Assembly (NCBI GenBank): GCA_002317795.1
Contig: NVWC01000004.1
Span: forward strand, 54,454-98,998
DNA from: Nitrososphaerota archaeon
GTDB taxonomy: Archaea; Thermoproteota; Nitrososphaeria; Nitrososphaerales; Nitrosopumilaceae
Direction: 5' to 3'
DNA: 44,545 bases
Each line of letters starts with the position of its first letter. Positions within the stretch are counted from its first letter, which is position 1. The notes beneath the pieces were generated by a model that saw nothing but the letters and a program-made list of their open reading frames with translations, was not told the origin of the DNA and did not search any database. The translations under genes and the position numbers were made by a program. Positions 23,734 through 33,045 of the stretch are shown one piece after another.

Positions 23734-25487
23734 TATTTTACTCTTAAAGTTAAAAATTCAGGCATACTGAAAGGTGTTTCGATATTATAAACCCAATAAT
23801 CATTTTCTTTAGAAAATTTAGAATCTGGAAGTAAGTGTTCTATTGGTTTATTTTTTGTGGTGGGAATAAATTTAGCTTTAAGTCTTTTTACATTATTTTT
23901 TCTTGCTTCATTTATTATGTGATACAATATCGCTTTCTCAATTTCACGCCCCATAACTCTACAGCTAAGAAGAAAAGTATCTAAAAACCATTCATCTGAA
24001 TTAGTTTTTTCAACTATAAAGGCACCAGTAATTCCATTATCACCAAATTTATCTCGTATTTGTGCACAGCCTACTAGCATTTTATCATCTTCAGAGAATT
24101 TTTTGATTTCTTCTTCCTGATATCTTTTTGTAGTAAGATTGAATTGGTTTGTTTTCATAGTGAGTTGAGAAATTCTTGGGATGGTAAAACTGTCTGATTT
24201 TTTAATATCTATTTCTAAATTTAATGTTTTAAGAAATTCAGTAAGATTAGTTGATGATTTTTGAGATTCACTTCTTTGTTTTTGTTGAAAATACATTTTT
24301 CTTCGATTAGTATCTTCATTTGTCACCTGAAAGACACTAAAATCATGTAATGATTGAATTACTTCAGAATATTGAGACGGGTCATGAGGAAGATCGGGGG
24401 TAGTTATTTCAGGCATGTTTTCTTTAACGAATTCTCTGTTGACTGGGTCATCATCGAAAAAAACAAAACTATCTAATCCTATGTTAAGTTCTTCAGAAAT
24501 ATATTGCATATTTGATACTTTATCATCCCAATTAATTTTCATACAAGCAAAATCATCTTCTTTTAAAATCATATGTGGATGTTCACGAATTACTTGAATA
24601 GCATCATCAAAATTATTTTTACTGTTTATTGCAAGTATTATTCCTCTTTGGGATAATGCTTTCAAATATTTTTGAAATTCTACAAAAGCATTTCCGGGAG
24701 GTTGAGGACCTAAGCGAATTCCATCAAAACCATCCTCACCTACAATTCCGCCCCAAAGTGTATTATCAAGATCTAGTACAATACATTTTTTTGTTAAACC
24801 AAGAAAAGATATAACATATGGAATTAAGTCATTTGCTAAATGTGGAATATAATCAAGTGCAATTTTAATATCACCAAATAGATAATTTTGAAAATTAAAA
24901 ACATTATTTTCTCCATGTTGAATCACAAATTTAAAAAAATCAAATATATGAACAGAATCCATCTCAATTACTTTATCCTTAAGTTTTTTATTAAAATCAA
25001 TAATGGCATCATGAAAACTATAACTTGTTTTCATTTCTGCAATTCCATGCGGAGAATAATGTGGTAATCCTAAATTTGTTATTACAAGTTTTGAAGTAGT
25101 GGTTTCATTAAATTTTTCAATCAAGTTTAACAATTCATTAATTTTTTCATCTACAAAATTTTTTCTTTCTGATTTTGTTATAGAATAAGGAAAATGGAAT
25201 AAATTACCAAAAATACTTCTTGTATCTAAAATTAAAAATGTTATATCAGGTGAGAAACTGTATAAATTACTTTTTGTATCAAAAATCTCTTGATTATATT
25301 GATTATATCCAGCAACATATGTGGAACCAAAAATTTGTTTTTGCGAACATTTGACTTTAAGTGATTCAGCTAATCCATTAATTGTAAAGCTGGATAAAAT
25401 TGCTAATTTGATTTTATTCTTATAATCATTAATTTCTATTTTTTGTGAATCTAAAATATATTCTGATAGAGGTTTTACTTTATCCAT
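23733..25487 (-). CDS. FkbH-like protein (HAD-IIIC phosphatase/acyl-loading enzyme with C-terminal GNAT-like domain)
   Basis: 584 aa. HAD motif I 'CIVLDLDNTLWGGIVGEDG', then 'ILAINSKN' and 'FFDDDPVNRE'. The C-terminal 'ISQLTMKTNQFNLTTKRY...SCRVMGREIE' is typical of the FkbH family. Confidence 0.8.
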   Translation of the reverse strand: MDKVKPLSEYILDSQKIEINDYKNKIKLAILSSFTINGLAESLKVKCSQKQIFGSTYVAGYNQYNQEIFDTKSNLYSFSPDITFLILDTRSIFGNLFHFPYSITKSERKNFVDEKINELLNLIEKFNETTTSKLVITNLGLPHYSPHGIAEMKTSYSFHDAIIDFNKKLKDKVIEMDSVHIFDFFKFVIQHGENNVFNFQNYLFGDIKIALDYIPHLANDLIPYVISFLGLTKKCIVLDLDNTLWGGIVGEDGFDGIRLGPQPPGNAFVEFQKYLKALSQRGIILAINSKNNFDDAIQVIREHPHMILKEDDFACMKINWDDKVSNMQYISEELNIGLDSFVFFDDDPVNREFVKENMPEITTPDLPHDPSQYSEVIQSLHDFSVFQVTNEDTNRRKMYFQQKQRSESQKSSTNLTEFLKTLNLEIDIKKSDSFTIPRISQLTMKTNQFNLTTKRYQEEEIKKFSEDDKMLVGCAQIRDKFGDNGITGAFIVEKTNSDEWFLDTFLLSCRVMGREIEKAILYHIINEARKNNVKRLKAKFIPTTKNKPIEHLLPDSKFSKENDYWVYNIETPFSMPEFLTLRVK

Positions 25488-25608
25488 TATTTCAAATATT
25501 GTAATTTAACCTTAAATATTTACTAGATGTGTGTATTTCAAACAAAATTGACTAATTTTTTCTTCATAAGCCTTTAAAGCCAAAAACCAATTTTTCATAG
25601 TGAATTAG

Positions 25609-26151
25609 ATGGAAAATTCTGAAGATGTATTTTCAATAAATGAACAAGAAGTGATGGAATATTATGATCTTAAAGGTTCTTCTGGTAAAATAAAATTAAA
25701 ATTAAAAATGCTACGATCTTGGATTTTACATTATATTGCATATTCGTCTCCTTTGTCAAATTTTGTAATTAATATACAAAGATCAAGAGGGGTAATAATT
25801 GGAAAAAATTGTCATCTATCACCATATGTGTTAATAGATTTAGTATATCCAGGGTTAGTCAAAATTGAAGACAATGTCACCTTAGGTTCAAATTCAATGA
25901 TTTTTGCACACATCAACCCAACTGCAAATCTAAAGTTAAAAAAAACTCAGTATCCAAGAAAAATTGCTCAAGTAATTATTAAATCAGGAGCAGTTATCAA
26001 TCCAGGAGTAATAATTACTGCAGGAGTAACAATTGGAAAAAATGCAATAGTTTCCATAGGTAGTGCAGTTTTTGAAGATGTGCCAGATAATTGTGTAGTT
26101 TTAGGTAATCCTGCTAGAGTGGTAAAAAAACTTGATTTGGAAGAAAAGTAA
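25609..26151 (+). CDS. Hexapeptide-repeat (LbH) O-/N-acetyltransferase (WcaF/maltose acetyltransferase-like)
   Basis: 180 aa. Repeats 'IEDNVTLGSNSMIF' and 'IKSGAVINPGVIITAGVTIGKNAIVSIGSAV...VLGNPARVV'. Confidence 0.75.
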   Translation: MENSEDVFSINEQEVMEYYDLKGSSGKIKLKLKMLRSWILHYIAYSSPLSNFVINIQRSRGVIIGKNCHLSPYVLIDLVYPGLVKIEDNVTLGSNSMIFAHINPTANLKLKKTQYPRKIAQVIIKSGAVINPGVIITAGVTIGKNAIVSIGSAVFEDVPDNCVVLGNPARVVKKLDLEEK

Positions 26152-26189
26152 ATTAAAATATGTTATTTCAATAAAGATGTGAAAAAGAA

Positions 26190-27020
26190 TTGAATTTACT
26201 TGGAATAGATTTTGAAGATTGGTTTCATCCAGAATTAATCCAAAAAGTATTAACAAATGAAGAAAAACAACCAAAAGTAATTCAAGGACTTGATAAAATT
26301 ATTGATTGGTTAAACCATCATGATACTTATGCAACTTTTTTTGTTGTTGGAGAATTATTAGAATATCAACCAGAACTTTTTGATAAAATTATTGAAAATG
26401 GTCATGAAATAGGTTTCCATACAATGCATCATACAAGATTAGATACTATTGGTTTTAAAGAAAAATTTCAAGAAGAAATTAAAATTTTTGATAAAATGAC
26501 ATCAGGAAAATCCATAGGATTCAGAGCACCGACTTTTTCGTTAAATGATTCAAGTAGATGGCTAATTGACGTTTTAGAAAATAGTAAATATCAATATGAT
26601 AGTAGTGTTGTTCCAGTAAAAACAAGTATGTATGGATTGCCAAATGCGGAAAAATATCCTTACAAAATTAGCAGTAAATCATTGGAGCATGAAGATCCTG
26701 AATCAAATATAACTGAATTTCCAATATTAGTTACTAATTTCTTAGGGAAAAGAATTCCTGCAGGAGGGGGATTCTATGTTAGAACATTACCACAAAAAAT
26801 CATTACAAATGCTATAAAAAATTATGAAAAAAACAACAATCCAGCAGTATTTTATATTCATTCTTGGGAATTAACACCAGAATATATGCCTAGAATAAAA
26901 TTATCATTAAAAGATAATTTCATCACATATCATAATATAGAAAAAACATTATCAAAAATGGATAAAATATTGAATGATTTTTCTTTTACATCATTTAAAA
27001 GATTTCTTAAGAGTGCTTAA
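26190..27020 (+). CDS. Polysaccharide deacetylase (CE4 family)
   Basis: 276 aa with a TTG start. Motifs 'GIDFEDWFHPE', 'ATFFVVGE', 'GHEIGFHTMHH' and 'GFRAPTFS'. Confidence 0.75.
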   Translation: MNLLGIDFEDWFHPELIQKVLTNEEKQPKVIQGLDKIIDWLNHHDTYATFFVVGELLEYQPELFDKIIENGHEIGFHTMHHTRLDTIGFKEKFQEEIKIFDKMTSGKSIGFRAPTFSLNDSSRWLIDVLENSKYQYDSSVVPVKTSMYGLPNAEKYPYKISSKSLEHEDPESNITEFPILVTNFLGKRIPAGGGFYVRTLPQKIITNAIKNYEKNNNPAVFYIHSWELTPEYMPRIKLSLKDNFITYHNIEKTLSKMDKILNDFSFTSFKRFLKSA

Positions 27021-27945
27021 CAGAGTGAAAAAAATCGAGAGTGTTTTGAATGCCAGTTTTGAGATCAACCTTAGGTGTCCAACCTAAATTTTTTAATTTT
27101 CTATTACTAACCACAAAATTTCCTACATCAACTTTTTTTGTATATGTTGGTGTTTTGATATAACTAACTTTTGCATTAGTCATTTTTTCTAATAAATTTC
27201 CTAATTGGAAAAACCAAGTTTTTTTAGAAGAAGAAATCCAATAAAGTTCACCTGAATGTCCTTTTTTAATAATAGTTTTGATTCCTGAAATCACATCAGA
27301 AATGTATATCAAATCTCTAAAAATTTTTCCTTCGTTAAATATTGTAATATTTTCATCATTAAATGCTTGATGAATTAAATAGTTTACTGCATTCTTTTTT
27401 GGGATAGTTTGCTCTCTGGGTCCAAAAGAGTTTGTAATTCTAAAAATTTTTGTATCGATTCCATAAACGTTGTGATAAATTTTACAATAAAATTCACTAG
27501 CTAATCTATTAGTTCCATATAATGTGGTAGGGTTACAAGGTGTATCTTCGGTTACGGGAAGTTTGTTAGGAGGACCAACTACAATGAATGTACTTCCTAA
27601 AACAAAGCTACATTTTTTTTTCATGTTCTTAATTTTTTCAAGAATAAAAAGTGTAGATTTTAAATTTGAATTTATATCATCGATAGGGTTTTCAAATGAT
27701 TTTAAATGAGATGTTTCTCCTGCCAAATGAATAATCAAATCAGGTTTATGTCTATCAATTGAATCACTAAGTTTTCTATAATTTGTAACATTTACTTTAT
27801 CAAGTTTCATTCGTTTTGAAATTTTTAGATTAGATTTTTTTTTATAACTTCTTGTAAGAATGATAATTTCATGACCATCTTTGTTTAATTCATCAGCTAA
27901 ATGACTTCCAACAAATCCTAAGCCACCAGTTATCATTATACGCAT
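27007..27945 (-). CDS. NAD-dependent sugar-nucleotide epimerase/dehydratase (extended SDR) with atypical YxxxR
   Basis: 312 aa. The N-terminus is 'MRIMITGGLGFVGSHL'. The expected catalytic segment reads 'LYGTNRLASE' (Arg where Lys is expected), followed by 'RITNSFGPRE'. Confidence 0.75.
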   Translation of the reverse strand: MRIMITGGLGFVGSHLADELNKDGHEIIILTRSYKKKSNLKISKRMKLDKVNVTNYRKLSDSIDRHKPDLIIHLAGETSHLKSFENPIDDINSNLKSTLFILEKIKNMKKKCSFVLGSTFIVVGPPNKLPVTEDTPCNPTTLYGTNRLASEFYCKIYHNVYGIDTKIFRITNSFGPREQTIPKKNAVNYLIHQAFNDENITIFNEGKIFRDLIYISDVISGIKTIIKKGHSGELYWISSSKKTWFFQLGNLLEKMTNAKVSYIKTPTYTKKVDVGNFVVSNRKLKNLGWTPKVDLKTGIQNTLDFFHSVKHS

Positions 27946-28022
27946 ATATTTTTTTTAAAAAAGTTAGTTAAAAGTGAATTCTTTTAATTTAATTTAATAT
28001 ATCCTCGTTCAAATTAGAATAA

Positions 28023-28793
28023 ATGAAGCCCACTATAGAAAAATTTAAAATTTTTCTGAAAGTAATGAAAGTACTTAGAAATTGGTGGTTGTATCCAATT
28101 GTGTATTTAAAATTAATAAAAAAACCTACAGTAATTTTTGAAACAAAAAATGGAATAAAAATCATGTTAAGAACAGATTCTACAGATCTTATGGCTTTCA
28201 CACATGTATGGTTAATTGGTGAATATTCAAAAAATAATTTTCAAATTAAGAAAACAGATACTGTAATTGATGTAGGAGCACATATAGGATTATTTTCACT
28301 TTATGCTTCTCAAAATTGTACTGAAGGTAAAATTTTTGCATTTGAACCAATTAAAGAGAATTATAAAATTTTAGAATCAAATAAAAAACTAAATAAATCG
28401 TCTAATATTATATCTGAAAATTGTGCAATTTCAAAATCAACTTCAAAAATTATATTGTATAAAAATAATGATGAAGCAGGTCATAGTAAATTTATACAAA
28501 CTGATGATCCTGTAGAAGTTGCTTCAAAATCATTAAATGATTTTTTTAAAGATAATAAAATAGAATTGGTAAATTTATTAAAATTAGATTGTGAAGGTTC
28601 AGAATATGAAATTATTGATTCATTAGACGACAAATATTTTGAGAAAATTGAAAAAATGATAATTGAGTATCATTTAGCAGATTCAAATCCTGAATTATTA
28701 GAAAAATTAAAAAATAAATTGAAATATCATTCTTATAATATTTCTGTTGAACCGTTATTCCAAGATATTGGATTTTTGTATGCTAAAAAATAA
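28023..28793 (+). CDS. FkbM-family SAM-dependent methyltransferase
   Basis: 256 aa. Motifs 'VIDVGAHIGLFSLYAS', 'IFAFEP' and 'LLKLDCEGSEYEII'. Confidence 0.8.
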   Translation: MKPTIEKFKIFLKVMKVLRNWWLYPIVYLKLIKKPTVIFETKNGIKIMLRTDSTDLMAFTHVWLIGEYSKNNFQIKKTDTVIDVGAHIGLFSLYASQNCTEGKIFAFEPIKENYKILESNKKLNKSSNIISENCAISKSTSKIILYKNNDEAGHSKFIQTDDPVEVASKSLNDFFKDNKIELVNLLKLDCEGSEYEIIDSLDDKYFEKIEKMIIEYHLADSNPELLEKLKNKLKYHSYNISVEPLFQDIGFLYAKK

Positions 28794-28803
28794 TTGAACC
28801 TGA

Positions 28804-29619
28804 TTATTTTCTTAAAATCCCTAAGTATGATTGAGAGTTTTGATTTTGTAACATAATAATTGGTTCTTTTTTAATCGATTTATAAAAATCACTAAATGCG
28901 TTATTACTTGATATATCATCAGAAAGTAAAAATCCATTTTCTTTGATAAATGGCCAAGATGTTTTGAATTCATAATGCATATTCTTGTATGTATGAAGAC
29001 TATCATGTAAAAATATATCAATTGATGGTAAAGTGGTAAGAGTTTTTTTAAGAATTTTTTCTGAAGTTCCAATTTTTAGTTCCCACCTATTTCGTAAATT
29101 TTTCGGAATAGCAGAACCAATCATTTCTTTTGATTGCCAAGGTCTAAAAATAGAATCAATTGAAATTAATTTTCCTTTATTATTTTCATCTAGTGCTTTT
29201 AAAATATATGAAGAGCTTATACCATATGCCACTCCAGTCTCTACAATTAATTCAGGTTTTACAAGTTTACATAATCTGTATAAAAATGGACCAGATTCTC
29301 CCACTATAGAATAATCTACAGGATACGGTTTTTCTATTGATGGGTATTCACCAGAAATGTTTTCAAAGAAATATTTCAGGTGTTTTTCTAAATCATCAAT
29401 TTTTGTTAGTTCATCTTTAATCTCCTCATTTTTTCCAAAAATTAAGTTTAATGCTTGTGAAAAGCTTACTGGTTTAAATTCAAATTTTTTAAACTCATGT
29501 TTTATATCGTCAGAAACTTGATTTGCTTCATTAATTAAATCAAGTCCACTCTTAGGATGAATTAATGAAAATTTGATAAGAGACAGATAAAATGATAATT
29601 TTTTCAATAATTGATACAT
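28804..29619 (-). CDS. Class I SAM-dependent methyltransferase (Methyltransf_24/CmcI/TylF-like)
   Basis: 271 aa. Motifs 'IVETGVAYGISSSYILKAL' and 'IDIFLHDSLHTY'. Confidence 0.5.
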   Translation of the reverse strand: MYQLLKKLSFYLSLIKFSLIHPKSGLDLINEANQVSDDIKHEFKKFEFKPVSFSQALNLIFGKNEEIKDELTKIDDLEKHLKYFFENISGEYPSIEKPYPVDYSIVGESGPFLYRLCKLVKPELIVETGVAYGISSSYILKALDENNKGKLISIDSIFRPWQSKEMIGSAIPKNLRNRWELKIGTSEKILKKTLTTLPSIDIFLHDSLHTYKNMHYEFKTSWPFIKENGFLLSDDISSNNAFSDFYKSIKKEPIIMLQNQNSQSYLGILRK

Positions 29620-29695
29620 TTTGATAACTTTATTAGAATATTGTTAATTTTTCTTTTCCTAATGTTAATTAATTAATCAATTAAAATTCTCTCAA

Positions 29696-30886
29696 ATGAA
29701 GATTGGATTAATTTGTCCCGCATCATTACCTGCAACACAGTTTGGAGGAATACTTTTTCTGGCAGTAGATATTGCAAATGAATTAGGGAAAAATGGACAC
29801 GATACAACTATTTTCACTACAAATCTAGATTTTGCTAATAATCCACATACATTCAATAAAAAACTTCCAAAACATGAAAAGATGGATAATTTTCAGATCA
29901 ATCGTACAAATGTATGGTTTCATCTCAAATTATTTTATATAAATCCAAAAATGTATTTTGAAATAAAGAAATCTAAACCAGATATCATACATACAATTGG
30001 GGTAAGAAGTTTTCAATCATTAATTGCTAGTTTAATTTCCAAATATCAAAATATACCATTAGTCATTTCAGATCAGGGAGGATTAACAACGCATCCAGAA
30101 TTAAAACAAGGAGGAATAATAAAAAAGATTTTGTATACAATTCAAAATCCAATAATTAAATTTATTGTTAAACAGTCTACAAAAATAATAGTTGCAAACA
30201 AATACGAGAAAGAAATTTTTCAAGAATTAACAAATGAATCAAAAATTAATATTGTAAAAAATGGAATAAATTTAGATATTGTTAAAAATTCTAAAATAAA
30301 TTTTAAAGAAAAATTTCATATTGATAATGATTTTATTTTATTTTTAGGTAGATTTAACAAAGTAAAAGGAATAGATAATTTAATTAGAGCATGGAAAATA
30401 ATTAATTCTAAAAATCATTTTAAAAAAATTAAATTGGTAATAATGGGTGTAGATTTTGGATTTCAAAAAGAAATGTTAATGATGATAGATGAAAAAAAAT
30501 TGTCTGATAGTATAATAATTATCAAAAAACCATTAAGAGATGAAGTTTTTGCTGCTTACAAAGCATGTTTGTTTTTAGTATTACCATCAAGATGGGAGCT
30601 CTCGCCATTAACACCATTAGAAGGATTCGCATTCAAAAAAACAACAATTAGTACAATTGCTCATGGAATACCACATACATTAACAGATGGAGAAAATGCA
30701 ATTTTAGTTGAACCTGAAAATTATCATCAATTATCAGATGCAATTGAAAATTTATTAAAAAATCAAAATTTGAGAGATAATCTATCACAAAATGGATTTA
30801 AATTAATTCAGGATGAATGTAACTCAAAAAAAATGGCCGAAAATGTATTGAAGATATATGAAGATATTTTATCGTCTAAAAATTAG
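29696..30886 (+). CDS. GT4-family (group 1, GT-B) glycosyltransferase
   Basis: 396 aa. It carries the motif 'FLGRFNKVKG' and an EX7E-type motif 'PSRWELSPLTPLEGFA'. Confidence 0.8.
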   Translation: MKIGLICPASLPATQFGGILFLAVDIANELGKNGHDTTIFTTNLDFANNPHTFNKKLPKHEKMDNFQINRTNVWFHLKLFYINPKMYFEIKKSKPDIIHTIGVRSFQSLIASLISKYQNIPLVISDQGGLTTHPELKQGGIIKKILYTIQNPIIKFIVKQSTKIIVANKYEKEIFQELTNESKINIVKNGINLDIVKNSKINFKEKFHIDNDFILFLGRFNKVKGIDNLIRAWKIINSKNHFKKIKLVIMGVDFGFQKEMLMMIDEKKLSDSIIIIKKPLRDEVFAAYKACLFLVLPSRWELSPLTPLEGFAFKKTTISTIAHGIPHTLTDGENAILVEPENYHQLSDAIENLLKNQNLRDNLSQNGFKLIQDECNSKKMAENVLKIYEDILSSKN

Positions 30887-30959
30887 AAAAACATGAATTT
30901 GGTATATAATCAAGCTATAACTTTATTATTCTAATCAATTCAAAAAAAACGGAAAAATT

Positions 30960-31841
30960 TTGAAAGTTGTGATTGGAATGCCCGCATTTAATGAGGGTGA
31001 AAAAATACAAGAAATTATCAATAAAATAAAAATAATTTCTGATGAGATCATTGTATGTAATGATGGATCAACTGATTCAACAGGTTCAATTGCACAAAAA
31101 ATGGGTGCAATTGTAATTAATCATGAAAAAAATTTAGGTTATGGGGCAGCAATTAACAGTATTTTTTCAAAAGCAAGAGAGATGGAAGCAGATATTCTTG
31201 TCACTTTTGATGCAGATGGTCAACATAAATCAAATGACATTAAATCAGTAATTCAACCAATTATAGATAGAAAAGCAGATATCGTTATTGGTTCAAGGTT
31301 TCTTGAAAATGAATTAGATATGCCAAAATATAGAAAATTTGGTATTAAAACAATTACAAGTTTAACAAATATTTCATCTGAAATAAAATTAACAGATTCT
31401 CAAAGTGGATTTAGAGCTTATAATAAAAAAACTCTTTCAGAAATTCATCCGATTGAAAAAGGGATGGGTATATCAACTGAAATTTTGATTAAAGCAAATA
31501 AGAAAAAGCTTAGAATTAAAGAAGTACCAATAAAAGTTTCATATCAAGGAAATACTTCAACACATAATCCAATTTCTCATGGTATTTCAGTTATTTTAAG
31601 TACTACAAAATTTATTTCAATAGAACGTCCACTTACATTTTATGGAATTCCAGGACTTATTTTCCTTATTATCGGTTTGATTTTTGTAGGATGGACAATT
31701 CAATATTTCACTGAATTTGGAGTGTTTCAACCAGTTTTAGCATTACTTGCTATTGGATTAACATTATTTGGTTTGATGTGTGTATTAACATCAATAATCT
31801 TATTTTCACTAATACATGTGATAAGAGAACAAAAGGACTAA
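30960..31841 (+). CDS. GT2 polyprenyl-phosphate glycosyltransferase (Dpm1/GtrB/AglD-like) with two C-terminal TM helices
   Basis: 293 aa with a TTG start. Motifs 'VIGMPAFNEGEKI', 'CNDGSTDST', 'TFDADGQH' and 'DSQSGFRAY'. The hydrophobic C-terminus reads 'GLIFLIIGLIFVGW...LALLAIGLTLFGLMCVL'. Confidence 0.8.
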   Translation: MKVVIGMPAFNEGEKIQEIINKIKIISDEIIVCNDGSTDSTGSIAQKMGAIVINHEKNLGYGAAINSIFSKAREMEADILVTFDADGQHKSNDIKSVIQPIIDRKADIVIGSRFLENELDMPKYRKFGIKTITSLTNISSEIKLTDSQSGFRAYNKKTLSEIHPIEKGMGISTEILIKANKKKLRIKEVPIKVSYQGNTSTHNPISHGISVILSTTKFISIERPLTFYGIPGLIFLIIGLIFVGWTIQYFTEFGVFQPVLALLAIGLTLFGLMCVLTSIILFSLIHVIREQKD

Positions 31842-31875
31842 GTTACATCTACTGTAATTAAAAAAAAGTATCAAT

Positions 31876-33045
31876 ATGTGGGACATTTTTCGAAGTAAGA
31901 TAACTGGATTAAAAGATGTATCAACAATTGGAATTGTTGATATTTCAACTAATGCCATGTCTGTTGTTTTTTGGTTATATATTGCCTCAGCTTTAGGAGC
32001 TGAAAATTATGGTGAAATTAGTTACATTATAGCAATCGCAAGTATTGTTTCTGTGATTTCATTGTTAGGTACAGAAAATGTAATGACAGTGTTAGCAGCA
32101 AAAAAAGTCAAGGTACAATCAACACTCTATTTTCTAGTAGCTATATCAAGTTCTATCACGTCAATAATTGTTTTTATTATTTTTGATAGTTTTGAAATAA
32201 GTTTTCTCGTCATAAGTTATGTAATCATAAGTTTAACACTTTCAGATATCATAGGGAGAAAAATTTTTGTGCAATATGCAAAATATGTTGTAGCAAATAA
32301 AATTTTGATGGTGACTTCAGCATTAGGATTATATTTTCTTATTGGAAATGAAGGTGTTATTTTGGGAATTGCAATTTCAGCTTTTCCATATTTCTTTATG
32401 ATTTACAAATCATGTAAAGAAACTAAAATTGATTTTAGCATAATACGTGAACGGACAAAGTTTGTAGTTACAAATTATGCAATAACATTATCAACTTCAT
32501 TTGGAGGTTCTACGGACAAATTATTAATTGCGCCATTATTAGGATTTGCGTTATTAGGAAACTATCAATTAGGAATACAATTCCTTGCAATGTTGAATAT
32601 TTTACCTGCAATTGTTTTCAAGTATGTTTTACCTCATGATGCATCTGGAGAATCAAGTACTAAATTAAAATTAATAACAATTTTAGCATCAGGAATAATT
32701 ACAATTATTGCATTTTTTATTTCTCCATTGATAGTTTCACAAATTTTTCCAGGATATTTACAAGCAATAGAGATCATTCCAATTCTTAGTCTTTCATTAA
32801 TTCCAAGTACTGTAATTCTATTTTATACATCAAAATTTCTAGGAAATGAAGACAATATCCCAATTTTTGTTGGGTCAATTCTATATTTGATTATTTTAGT
32901 TGTTTTAATAATTATTTTAGGGAAAATGTATGATTTACTTGGAATTGCAATAGCATTCAATATTGCAATTACTACTCAAATGGTGTACTTAATAATAATT
33001 CAAAAATGGAGAAGTCAAAGGTTTCAGGAAAAAAATGAAAAATAA
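31876..33045 (+). CDS. Polytopic membrane protein, Wzx/MOP-type oligosaccharide flippase-like (AglR-like)
   Basis: 389 aa and almost entirely hydrophobic, with roughly 10-12 predicted helices by eye. It sits between the Dol-P-sugar synthase and the GT-C gene. Confidence 0.6.
   Translation: MWDIFRSKITGLKDVSTIGIVDISTNAMSVVFWLYIASALGAENYGEISYIIAIASIVSVISLLGTENVMTVLAAKKVKVQSTLYFLVAISSSITSIIVFIIFDSFEISFLVISYVIISLTLSDIIGRKIFVQYAKYVVANKILMVTSALGLYFLIGNEGVILGIAISAFPYFFMIYKSCKETKIDFSIIRERTKFVVTNYAITLSTSFGGSTDKLLIAPLLGFALLGNYQLGIQFLAMLNILPAIVFKYVLPHDASGESSTKLKLITILASGIITIIAFFISPLIVSQIFPGYLQAIEIIPILSLSLIPSTVILFYTSKFLGNEDNIPIFVGSILYLIILVVLIIILGKMYDLLGIAIAFNIAITTQMVYLIIIQKWRSQRFQEKNEK

Noticed and set aside
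19215-24814. Antisense track ORFs 19215-19403, 20172-20366, 21962-22202, 23222-23526, 23552-23770, 24415-24597 and 24629-24814
   Set aside because: All are nested opposite motif-bearing genes (cupin, rfbB, GT2, MaoC, ACP, FkbH). They show no independent evidence of coding.
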